Source: Candidatus Iainarchaeum sp. (GTDB lineage: Archaea; Iainarchaeota; Iainarchaeia; Iainarchaeales; DTGL01). Taken from it: 23,602 bases of DNA. The notes below the pieces were generated by a model that saw only the letters and a list, made by a program, of their open reading frames with translations, had not been told where the DNA came from and made no database searches. The translations under genes and the position numbers were made by a program. Within the stretch, counting starts at the first letter, position 1. The number at the start of each line of letters is the position of its first letter. Below, in pieces: positions 7,550 to 14,722 of this stretch. The stretch spans positions 1 to 23,602 of the forward strand of contig JAVYME010000019.1 in NCBI GenBank assembly GCA_038736825.1, in the 5' to 3' direction.

Positions 7550-8863
7550 ATGATTGAAAGGCAGTTAATTGTTTTTTTTTCAATTTTTCTTTTTTTTAGC
7601 ATGGTTTTTGCCCAAGATGTTGGTGAAATACCGCTTATTCCGCACTCGTTTTATGGCGAAATAAAAATAAGCGATCAAAACGCGCCCCCTGGCACAAAAA
7701 TCTATGCGTTTATGAATGGTTTTCTCAAGGGTTCAATTGAAACCACGGAAAGCGGTTTTTATGGAAGGTTTCCCAAGCTTGCAGTGGAAGGCACTTCCCA
7801 AGACAAAAACAAGCCAATAGTGTTCTGCATTGGTTTGTTGAAAGCACAGCAGACAGCATACTGGCAGCCTGCAAAGGTTGAGCGCTTGAACCTTTCAAGC
7901 TCTGTTGAATCCTGCCCGTATGCTCTTGAACCAACGCTCACGCCAAGCCCTTCTCCCACAACAACCAGCACTATAGCACCCACTCCAACAAGAACGCCGG
8001 AAACAAGCACTGGAAGCAGTGGCAGTGGTTCTGGTGGACAGGCAAGCCCCACAATTCAACCCGCAAAAACGCCCGCAATCACTGAAAAAATATTGTTTGA
8101 GGAAACAATTGATTGCCTGCCAAGAGCTGACCTTGAAGGGTTTCTTGCATTTGTCAACAAAGAGCAAAGAAAGAAAAGCGCGCTTTCCCTTGAAAAAGTG
8201 GTAAAAATTGAAAGAAAAACTGTTTTGAAGGAAATGGTTCAAGAGGCAAAAAAATGGTTTAGGGTTGAAATACTGCTTTCAATAAAAAACAATTCTGGAA
8301 AAAAAATTGAAAACCTTTTCTTGATAGAGGAAATCCCGAAAGAGATCGCTGAAACCTCGGACAAAATAAAAAGCACAAAAAACTTTTCCGTGCTCATCAA
8401 AGACCCGGTTGTTGAATTTTTCCTTGGAAGCATTGAAAAGGATGCAAGCGCTTTCACACAATACTATGCCGACATTGAAGAGCAAACGGATTCCGGGGAT
8501 TTAAAGAGCGCGCTTCTTTTTTTGAATTCGCCTGTGGCATATGAAGTGAAGGAAAGCAGGGAATGCAATGACAATAATCCCTGCACAATAGACGAATACA
8601 ATGAGGCAAACGCTTCATGCCAGCACACAATGCTTCCGGATGGCACGCAATGCGCACAAGGCAAAGAATGCAAAAGCGGCAATTGCACAACAATAAAAGA
8701 AACACCAGCTGGCACCGAAAAACCGCCAGAGACAACAAGCCAGAGAGAAAAAAACAATGGCTTTCAAGACTATTTTTGGCTAATTATCGTGTTTTTGGGA
8801 GTGCTTTTATTGGCAGGGATATTTATATTAATTAGAAAGTACAATATACTAAAAGCAAAATAG
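7550..8863 (+). CDS. type I membrane-anchored surface protein with PT linker and 6-Cys module
   Basis: ATG 7550 gives signal peptide MIERQLIVFFSIFLFFSMVFA. The N-terminal beta domain is FYGEIKISDQNAPPGTKIYA... A PT/SG linker spans 7928-8083. A CARDB/DUF11-like module reads LLSIKNNSGKKIENLFLIEEIPKE. A Cys-rich module (8564-8686) reads CNDNNPCTIDEY...CQHTMLPDGTQCAQGKECKSGNC. The TM helix is 8774-8833, with short tail RKYNILKAK. Confidence 0.8.
   Translation: MIERQLIVFFSIFLFFSMVFAQDVGEIPLIPHSFYGEIKISDQNAPPGTKIYAFMNGFLKGSIETTESGFYGRFPKLAVEGTSQDKNKPIVFCIGLLKAQQTAYWQPAKVERLNLSSSVESCPYALEPTLTPSPSPTTTSTIAPTPTRTPETSTGSSGSGSGGQASPTIQPAKTPAITEKILFEETIDCLPRADLEGFLAFVNKEQRKKSALSLEKVVKIERKTVLKEMVQEAKKWFRVEILLSIKNNSGKKIENLFLIEEIPKEIAETSDKIKSTKNFSVLIKDPVVEFFLGSIEKDASAFTQYYADIEEQTDSGDLKSALLFLNSPVAYEVKESRECNDNNPCTIDEYNEANASCQHTMLPDGTQCAQGKECKSGNCTTIKETPAGTEKPPETTSQREKNNGFQDYFWLIIVFLGVLLLAGIFILIRKYNILKAK
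7928..8083 (+). repeat. Pro/Thr/Ser/Gly low-complexity linker coding region
   Basis: Encodes EPTLTPSPSPTTTSTIAPTPTRTPETSTGSSGSGSGGQASPTIQPAKTPAIT. Confidence 0.75.
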
Positions 8864-8869
8864 GGGACA

Positions 8870-10666
8870 ATGGAATTGCAAAAAGGTTTTTTTATGCGCT
8901 CAAAAATTTTATTATTGTTTTTTTTGCTTTCCATGCTTTTCAATGCATACGCTGCAACTTGGTTTAGCGGAAACATTAAGGTTAACAGCCAAAACGCGCC
9001 CATTGGAACCACTCTTGAAGGAATAATTGAAGGCATTGTGGACGGAAGCACCACAATTGAAACCGCTGGCACATACACGTTAATGGTGACAAACGACACT
9101 TGGGCAAACTACATTACATTCAAAATGAAAACCCCGCAAATGCAAACCCCTGTTGAAAAAACAATTCTCTTCGATCCCGAGATTGACCTTCCGGAAGGCT
9201 TTGGCACAGAAGACGAACCATACATTTTAGATTTAGAGTTTGAAGCCGAACTGCCAACACCAACACCCACGCCAACACCCACGCCAACCCCGACACCCAC
9301 TAGCACGCCAACAACCCCAACCGGGCCAACTGGACCCAGCGGGCCAAGTGGTGGCCCCAGTGGTGGCGGAACCGGAGGCGGCGGCGCTACTCCAACTCCT
9401 ACAACGCCCACGCCAACCCCTTCCTTGAAAAAAGAAACAGTTTTGGATGAAACCCAAAAATATCTGCCAAGCCCTGAAGAAATTGAAGAAACCCTGGTTT
9501 TGGCTGGAATAACTGATCCTAAAGAAATTGAAAAAATCATAGAGCAAATGGATCATATTTTGATTGTAAAAACCATTAAAGTTGAAAAAACCACTAATCC
9601 GGTTACCGGAGAAGAATCCTTTCAAAGCATTATAACCATTTCAATCAAGAACACTGGCAGGACTGCTTTTGAAAACATCACTTTCTATGAACTGGTTCCA
9701 AAATCAATTGTAAGGGATGCAAGCCTGATTTCTTCAAGCCAGCCATTCAATATAGAGGAAAAAGGCGATTTTTGGATTATAAAATGGCATTATGATTCGC
9801 TTATGCCTGGAAAAACAACAAAGTTTTCTTACACTCTACCCTTAAACGCTGGAACCACAATATTGAACAACAGCAAGTCCCTTTTCTCTGGAACAGAAAA
9901 AGAGGCTCCGCCAAGCCAGTTATTTGGAAAAATAATTGTAAGGGTTTTATTCAATGGAAGGCCACAGCAAGGCATAGTGGTTTGGCTGGAAAAAGACGGC
10001 ACTAGAGAAGCACAAAACGCTACAAGCGCCCAAGGAATAGTGGAATTCATTTCATTGCCTCCAGGCAACTATTTTGTTTCAACAAATGAAACCTCACAGT
10101 TTTATGCTGCAAGCATGAGAGTGGTTCTAAGTGAAGGGGAAACAAGAGAGGTTGCATTAAGCCTTTCAGCAAAAACCATTCCAACACAAAAACCGCAAGA
10201 GGCTGTAATTCCAGGGTTTTGGCTGCTAGTGCTATTTGCAATCATAGCATTAATCATAATATTGTTCTTTTTCAGGGAAAAACTCTTTGGAGAAGAAAAG
10301 AAAGAAGTAGTTGCCACGCCAGCGAAAAAAACAGAGCCAAAAAGACCGTTCAAAAAGGAAAAGAAAGAACCACCAATTGAAAAGCCGGTTCCAGCCCAAG
10401 TTGTTGAAGAGAAAAAACCAGAGCCAGTGAAAAAAGAAGAACCAAAAAAGCCAGAGCCAACCGCAGAGCCCGTGAAAAAGGAAGAACCTAAAAGGCCGTT
10501 CCAAAAAATCAAAGAAGAAAAAATGGCTGCTGCCTTAAAACCAGAGCCTAAAGAGGAAAAACCGCCAGAAGAGCCAAGCACATACAAGTGTGATGAGTGC
10601 GGTGAAGAATTCCATACAAGGATTGCATTGCGTGCCCATAAAAGGCGCCACCAGCACACAAAATAA
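8870..10666 (+). CDS. type I surface protein with cytoplasmic Lys/Glu/Pro-rich tail and C-terminal C2H2 zinc finger
   Basis: ATG 8870 (alternative ATG 8894). Signal peptide ...MRSKILLLFFLLSMLFNAYA. The N-terminal domain is paralogous to the upstream gene. A PT/G linker spans 9251-9424. ISIKNTGRTAFENITFYELVPK is a CARDB-like module. GKIIVRVLFNGRPQQGIVVWLEKDG...PPGNYFVS resembles a carboxypeptidase-regulatory fold. The TM helix is 10208-10273, followed by a KEP-rich tail and YKCDECGEEFHTRIALRAHKRRH (10583-10651). Confidence 0.8.
   Translation: MELQKGFFMRSKILLLFFLLSMLFNAYAATWFSGNIKVNSQNAPIGTTLEGIIEGIVDGSTTIETAGTYTLMVTNDTWANYITFKMKTPQMQTPVEKTILFDPEIDLPEGFGTEDEPYILDLEFEAELPTPTPTPTPTPTPTPTSTPTTPTGPTGPSGPSGGPSGGGTGGGGATPTPTTPTPTPSLKKETVLDETQKYLPSPEEIEETLVLAGITDPKEIEKIIEQMDHILIVKTIKVEKTTNPVTGEESFQSIITISIKNTGRTAFENITFYELVPKSIVRDASLISSSQPFNIEEKGDFWIIKWHYDSLMPGKTTKFSYTLPLNAGTTILNNSKSLFSGTEKEAPPSQLFGKIIVRVLFNGRPQQGIVVWLEKDGTREAQNATSAQGIVEFISLPPGNYFVSTNETSQFYAASMRVVLSEGETREVALSLSAKTIPTQKPQEAVIPGFWLLVLFAIIALIIILFFFREKLFGEEKKEVVATPAKKTEPKRPFKKEKKEPPIEKPVPAQVVEEKKPEPVKKEEPKKPEPTAEPVKKEEPKRPFQKIKEEKMAAALKPEPKEEKPPEEPSTYKCDECGEEFHTRIALRAHKRRHQHTK
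9251..9424 (+). repeat. imperfect CCNACN hexanucleotide (PT) plus Gly-rich linker coding repeat
   Basis: Encodes LPTPTPTPTPTPTPTSTPTTPTGPTGPSGPSGGPSGGGTGGGGATPTPTTPTPTPS. It generates shadow ORFs on both strands. Confidence 0.8.
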
Positions 10667-10768
10667 TGCTTTGAACACTTTTTGCACTGTTTTAGCCTGA
10701 AAATGGAAAAATTAATAAAGGAGTATTGGATAATCTATACTGTTTCCTGATTGGATTTGGTGTTAGAA

Positions 10769-12268
10769 ATGGTTGGAGAGGAAAAGGAAAAACAGCCTTA
10801 TGGTTACGAGGTTTATGAAGAATATGAATGGAAGGCTTTTGCAAAAAAAATAGCAAAATATTTGCTCATACTTGTAGTTATTTTGGCAATAGGCTGGCTT
10901 ATTTATGACTATTTTGTGGGCTCTTATGTGCCTGTCACAATAATAGTGCAAGACCTTGAAAAAAAGCCCATTACAGACAACACCATTTATGTGACAAACG
11001 AAAAAACTGGCGCTTCACATTTTGAAAAAAGCGGGCAATCCACTTACAATTTCACGCTCAAGCGCGGGCTTTTCGGGGCAACAGAAAACTATGTTGTAAG
11101 GGTTGAAGCCGACAAATTCAAAGCACAACAGGCAATACTGCCAGTTGGAACAGAAAAGTTATCGCAAAATATTTCGCTTGAAAGGGACATTGATGTCAAA
11201 ATCATTGACGTGGAAATACCAAAACAGCTCTTTGGAGGCCAAACCTTTACAATGACTGCCACTATTGAAAACCGCGGTTCAAGTGGTGAAAAAATAGATT
11301 TGGGTTTCAGCAAGGACTTTGAGGAATGGAGTTGCGCTCCAGTGGACAAAGAAATCTTCATTCAGGCGAAAACCAAGTCTGAGTTTGACATTCAGTGCAC
11401 TGTGCCTCCCACTGCAACCAAATCGATTTCCTCCAAGGGCGTGGAAAAAGAAGCCGCTGTTTACGTCAGGCTCACAAAACAGCAGTGGACTGGCAAATTC
11501 CAGCTTTATCCAATGCCTGCGTTTTCGCCGGCTGCAAGACTGGATTTTTCAAGCATGGATCCAATAAAAAGCCCTAAAAAAAAGATGGATTTCACTTTAA
11601 AAAATTCCAGCAGGTTTCCGATTTACGACATTCAATTGAAAATAGAAATAATTTCTGCTGAAAAAAACAAGCCTGAAGACATCAAAAAATGGGTTTATTT
11701 TGTGAATGCGCCTGAAGAGGACAAGACAAAAATCACAGTGCCGGCTATACGCGAGTCTGAAAGCTTTATTGTGCCTGTAGAGGTTTCGCTTCCAGTGAGC
11801 GCTCTCCCTGAAAAAATCACTGGGCGCATAGTGATAGAGGCACCATTCCTTACAGCTCCAATGAATTCCACGCTTTCCATTGAAATAACAAAGGCAGCCC
11901 AGGCAACCATAAGACTGGGCTATTACCCGCAATCGGTTTCAATAGAATTCAAGGACGGCAGTCCAGAAAAACGGCAAATAAGCATTGACGTGGAAAATTC
12001 AGGCGATTTGGACATATCAAACCTCAACATAAGAGTGAAAAACACTGATGTTTGCACAGAAAACTGGCTTTACTTCACTGACACTGGATTTATAACAAAA
12101 CTGGCTGCAAAGGGAAAAAAACAGGTTTATTTGACTGCCACTGCTCCGAAAACAGCAAAGGTTGACGATTATGCGCCCTGCCTTTTAATGGCATCCTATC
12201 CTCACCCCATAACCGGTTCAATGATGGAAGAAGACTTGGGATTAATACAGGTTAAAAGGTCCAGGTGA
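10769..12268 (+). CDS. N-terminally anchored (type II) envelope protein with CARDB/NEW3-like beta-sandwich repeats
   Basis: ATG 10769 is preceded by GGTG (10759-10762). A charged cytoplasmic N-terminus leads into TM helix YLLILVVILAIGWLIYDYFV. Beta-rich modules follow, with recurring patterns (TMTATIENRGSSGEKIDLGF; FTLKNSSRFPIYDIQLKIEI; ISIDVENSGDLDISNLNIRVKN) typical of CARDB/NEW3/COG1470-type S-layer-like proteins. Confidence 0.8.
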   Translation: MVGEEKEKQPYGYEVYEEYEWKAFAKKIAKYLLILVVILAIGWLIYDYFVGSYVPVTIIVQDLEKKPITDNTIYVTNEKTGASHFEKSGQSTYNFTLKRGLFGATENYVVRVEADKFKAQQAILPVGTEKLSQNISLERDIDVKIIDVEIPKQLFGGQTFTMTATIENRGSSGEKIDLGFSKDFEEWSCAPVDKEIFIQAKTKSEFDIQCTVPPTATKSISSKGVEKEAAVYVRLTKQQWTGKFQLYPMPAFSPAARLDFSSMDPIKSPKKKMDFTLKNSSRFPIYDIQLKIEIISAEKNKPEDIKKWVYFVNAPEEDKTKITVPAIRESESFIVPVEVSLPVSALPEKITGRIVIEAPFLTAPMNSTLSIEITKAAQATIRLGYYPQSVSIEFKDGSPEKRQISIDVENSGDLDISNLNIRVKNTDVCTENWLYFTDTGFITKLAAKGKKQVYLTATAPKTAKVDDYAPCLLMASYPHPITGSMMEEDLGLIQVKRSR

Positions 12269-13029
12269 AAACAGTGACAGAACCAGTTGTTGAATTCGTG
12301 GAATACAAGAAAATGGATTTGTCGGGTTACACTTTAATAGAGGGCTTTCCAGGGTTAGGGCTTGTTGGCACAATCGGCGTCAAATACTTGATTGAAAGAA
12401 TGAAGTTTGAACAGTTAGGCCACATTGAAACCAATTTTTTCATTCCAATAATAAGCATTAGAAACGGACTGCCAGTGTACCCTTCAAGGATTTTCGTGCA
12501 CCGCGGAAAAAAACTTGTAGCCATAATTTCAGAGCAAATAATTCCAAAAATGATGGTAAGGCATGTTGCAAAGGCAATAGTGAAATGGATTGAAAAAAAA
12601 GGCATAAAACAGGTTATTTCACTGGAAGGCATCAGGTCCAAGGGCGAGTTCTTGAAAACAGAAACAGTTTACGGAATAGCTGATTCCGAGGCAGCCAAAG
12701 AATTGTTGAAAAAGCACAATGTGACAATTGTAATGGACGGCATTACCACTGGAGTGACTGCACTCATATTGCTGGAATTATCTCAAAACGACAAAATAAG
12801 CAGTTGCTCTTTGCTTGGAAACGTCCAGATTGCTGCAGACTATGAGGCAGCAGCTGAATGCTTAAAGCGCCTTAACGAAATCCTTAACTTGAACCTCAGC
12901 ATTGAACCATTGCTTCAAGAGGCAAAGGAAACCAAAAAAGCCTTAATGAAGCAATTGGAAGGATTGAAAAAAACAAGTGAAACCGTGAAAAAGCTTGAGG
13001 AAAGCGGGGCAATGCCCATGTACACTTGA
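12265..13029 (+). CDS. PAC2-family proteasome assembly chaperone/activator (PbaA/PbaB-like)
   Basis: The GTG start overlaps the upstream stop (GTGA). The family motif IEGFPGLGLVGTIGVKYLIE sits about 25 aa from the N-terminus. The C-terminal region looks coiled-coil and the last three residues are M-Y-T (HbYX-type). An alternative ATG lies at 12313. Confidence 0.8.
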   Translation: MKTVTEPVVEFVEYKKMDLSGYTLIEGFPGLGLVGTIGVKYLIERMKFEQLGHIETNFFIPIISIRNGLPVYPSRIFVHRGKKLVAIISEQIIPKMMVRHVAKAIVKWIEKKGIKQVISLEGIRSKGEFLKTETVYGIADSEAAKELLKKHNVTIVMDGITTGVTALILLELSQNDKISSCSLLGNVQIAADYEAAAECLKRLNEILNLNLSIEPLLQEAKETKKALMKQLEGLKKTSETVKKLEESGAMPMYT

Positions 13030-13034
13030 ACCCT

Positions 13035-13052
13035 AAAAAAAGCGCTTTTTTT
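13035..13052. terminator. bidirectional terminator-like palindrome A7-GCGC-T7
   Basis: AAAAAAAGCGCTTTTTTT is a perfect palindrome that fills the 22-nt gap between the convergent PAC2 and ribH genes. It gives a T7 run on either strand. Confidence 0.5.
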
Positions 13053-13459
13053 CAAATTTTTAATTTTGCCATTTTCACTGCTGCTTCAACAGCGTGCTCT
13101 GAATAAGGTTTCAGTCTTTGCATTGCCTGTTTTTTTGAAACCCTTGGCCCTATTATTCCAGAGCAAACCGGTTTTTCAAATTCAATGCTTAAGTCGGCGA
13201 TTTTCCTGAAAGCGTTTCCTGCAACCATTACATCGTGTTCTGTTCCTCCCCTTAACACAATTCCCAAAACAACTATTGCATCGGCTTGTTTTTTTTCAAG
13301 GATTTTTTTTACGGCAAGCGGTGCTTCAAAAGCGCCTGGAACCCTGGCAACAAGGGAAACTTGCACTCCAAGGCTTTCAGCCTTTTTTTTTGCAAAAAAA
13401 AGCATTTTTTCAGCCATTTCTTTGTGGAAGTCGGCTAAAACTATTGCAATGGAAACCAT
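13052..13459 (-). CDS. ribH: 6,7-dimethyl-8-ribityllumazine synthase
   Basis: The 135-aa protein contains IAIVLADFH...VPGAFEAPLAVKKILEK...DAIVVLGIVLRGGTEHD...AFRKIADLSIEF.KPV..GI.GP...AVEAAVKMAKL. From memory it is collinear with the Methanocaldococcus jannaschii lumazine synthase. Confidence 0.9.
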   Translation of the reverse strand: MVSIAIVLADFHKEMAEKMLFFAKKKAESLGVQVSLVARVPGAFEAPLAVKKILEKKQADAIVVLGIVLRGGTEHDVMVAGNAFRKIADLSIEFEKPVCSGIIGPRVSKKQAMQRLKPYSEHAVEAAVKMAKLKI

Positions 13460-13472
13460 TTATGTCAACCCT

Positions 13473-13952
13473 TTATTTTACTGGCAAGAGTTTGGCGTTT
13501 TTTGAGCCCTGTCTTTGCCCTGTTCCGGCTCTTTCAACAAGGCTTTGAGGGTTAAAGAGCAAGTCTAGCGCGTTCAAGGAATGCTTTTCAACGCGGTCCT
13601 TTAAGATTTTTGCAAGCTCGCTGTCTTTTTTTGACTCGCAAGAGTGCACGAACACTTTTAAAATGTGCTTGCCGCTCAAAAGCTCTGCAATTATTAAGCC
13701 GATTCCTGCCTCCATTGCGCACCTTTCGTCAACTTCTGCCTCTCCAACAAAACCAAGCGCTATTATTATATCACAGTTTTTTTCTTCAAAGAGCTTTTTG
13801 CTGGCAATTGCCAAATCCTTTATTCCTGGAACAGTGTAACGCTCTATTTCAACCTTATAGCCTTTTGCCTTGCATTCCCTGTTAATTGTTTCAATTGCAA
13901 TTTTTCCCATGTTTGCTCGCGCAAACATTGTGTCCGCAATTCCAATCCTCAT
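13473..13952 (-). CDS. ribC: archaeal-type riboflavin synthase
   Basis: From ATG 13952 the protein reads MRIGIADTMFARANMGKIAIE...YTVPGIKDLAIASKKLFEE..CDIIIALG...HILKVFVH...GTGQRQG. From memory this matches the pentameric archaeal riboflavin synthase family (M. jannaschii MJ1184). The start overlaps the ribK stop by 1 nt (TGATG). The ORF-track start at 13982 adds 10 residues outside the family. Confidence 0.9.
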   Translation of the reverse strand: MRIGIADTMFARANMGKIAIETINRECKAKGYKVEIERYTVPGIKDLAIASKKLFEEKNCDIIIALGFVGEAEVDERCAMEAGIGLIIAELLSGKHILKVFVHSCESKKDSELAKILKDRVEKHSLNALDLLFNPQSLVERAGTGQRQGSKNAKLLPVK

Positions 13953-14365
13953 CAAACCACCTTTTTTTCTGTTTTTTTCCAAGCTGAAATTTCCACTGCA
14001 TCGCCGTCCTTGAGTTCAAATTTTTCCCTTAATTTGACTGGCGCAATTATTTCAATTATGTTGCAGGGATGGCTTGTTTTTGCAGGCCTGATTATTGCTG
14101 CATTCAAGCCCTTAAATGAAATCCTGTAAACCTTCAAGCAGCCAAAAACCTTTCCGTCCTTTTCAAAGGAATCCACTTTTTCTTCTTTTAAGGCTTGCAA
14201 GAATTCTTGCAATAATTGTTCTTCAACTTCAATGTTTAGTGTTCCACTGAACGGCTTGAAGCCAAGCAAGCGTTCAAGCCTTTCAAGGTATTCTGGCATG
14301 GAAAGGAACAAGCAGCCTTTTTCCAAACCGCTTCTCACAATTCCCTTGAGAGCAATGTCTGCCAT
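13952..14365 (-). CDS. ribK: CTP-dependent riboflavin kinase (archaeal RibK)
   Basis: From ATG 14365 the protein reads MADIALKGIVRSGLEKGCLFLSMPEYLERLERLLGFKPFSGTLNIEV...IIEIIAPVKLREKFELKDGDAVEI. This matches the MJ0056-type riboflavin kinase (GxVxSGxGxG..F, PYxGTLN, EIIAP.kLR). The upstream 22 codons of the track ORF look spurious. Confidence 0.88.
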   Translation of the reverse strand: MADIALKGIVRSGLEKGCLFLSMPEYLERLERLLGFKPFSGTLNIEVEEQLLQEFLQALKEEKVDSFEKDGKVFGCLKVYRISFKGLNAAIIRPAKTSHPCNIIEIIAPVKLREKFELKDGDAVEISAWKKTEKKVV

Positions 14366-14495
14366 AAAAAACAAAAGGCTGGGGGAAGAATTTAAAACCA
14401 ATACCTTGCAAAAAAACTCCCTTGCACTCAAAGAAAGGTTTTTATTTAGGTGAAGGAGTTAATTACTTACTGTCAAAAAATGGAGGTTGAAATTA

Positions 14496-14714
14496 ATGCC
14501 AGCAAGACCAAAGCCTGTTCAGGCAAAAAAACCAGTTCAAAAAAAGCCAGCGCCGGCGGGAGCGCAAAAAAAGCCAGAGCCCGCGGGACTGGATTTCACC
14601 AGGCGCAATAATCCGAGAAGAATTCAAGTTGGAGAAGAGTACACCATAGAGCACACTCCAACTTTCAATGTAACCTATAAAAAGCCCGTGAAAGGAAAGG
14701 TAAAAGTAGAGTGA
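14496..14714 (+). CDS. small Lys/Pro-rich basic protein, unknown function
   Basis: ATG 14496 lies 9 nt after GGAGG (14482-14486). The TTG at 14487 abuts the SD-like site and is unlikely to be the start. The 72-aa product is MPARPKPVQAKKPVQKKPAPAGAQKKPEPAG, then LDFTRRNNPRRIQVGEEYTIEH, then a short beta-like C-terminus. No family recognised. Confidence 0.55.
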   Translation: MPARPKPVQAKKPVQKKPAPAGAQKKPEPAGLDFTRRNNPRRIQVGEEYTIEHTPTFNVTYKKPVKGKVKVE

Positions 14715-14722
14715 CTGAATAA

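Noticed and set aside
9109-9625. ORFs 9109..9540(-), 9233..9625(-) and 9240..9428(+) across the PT/Gly linker of the zinc-finger surface protein.
   Set aside because: They are shadows of the CCN-ACN/GGN repeat. They have no independent start context or domain-like sequence.
10102-10659. A 185-aa antisense ORF (and 10250..10504) opposite the KEP-rich tail and zinc finger.
   Set aside because: Its Phe/Ser/Gly-rich composition is the expected complement of AAA/GAA/CCA-rich coding DNA. The sense frame carries the perfect C2H2 motif and is continuous with the TM protein.
1473-14431. Upstream-extended starts in the ORF track (1473, 2951, 7523, 10751, 13982, 14431, 14487, 21031).
   Set aside because: In each case an internal ATG or TTG has a better SD-like context, a start/stop overlap with the neighbouring gene, or a family-typical N-terminus. 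The extensions add hydrophobic or out-of-family residues or intrude into the upstream gene.
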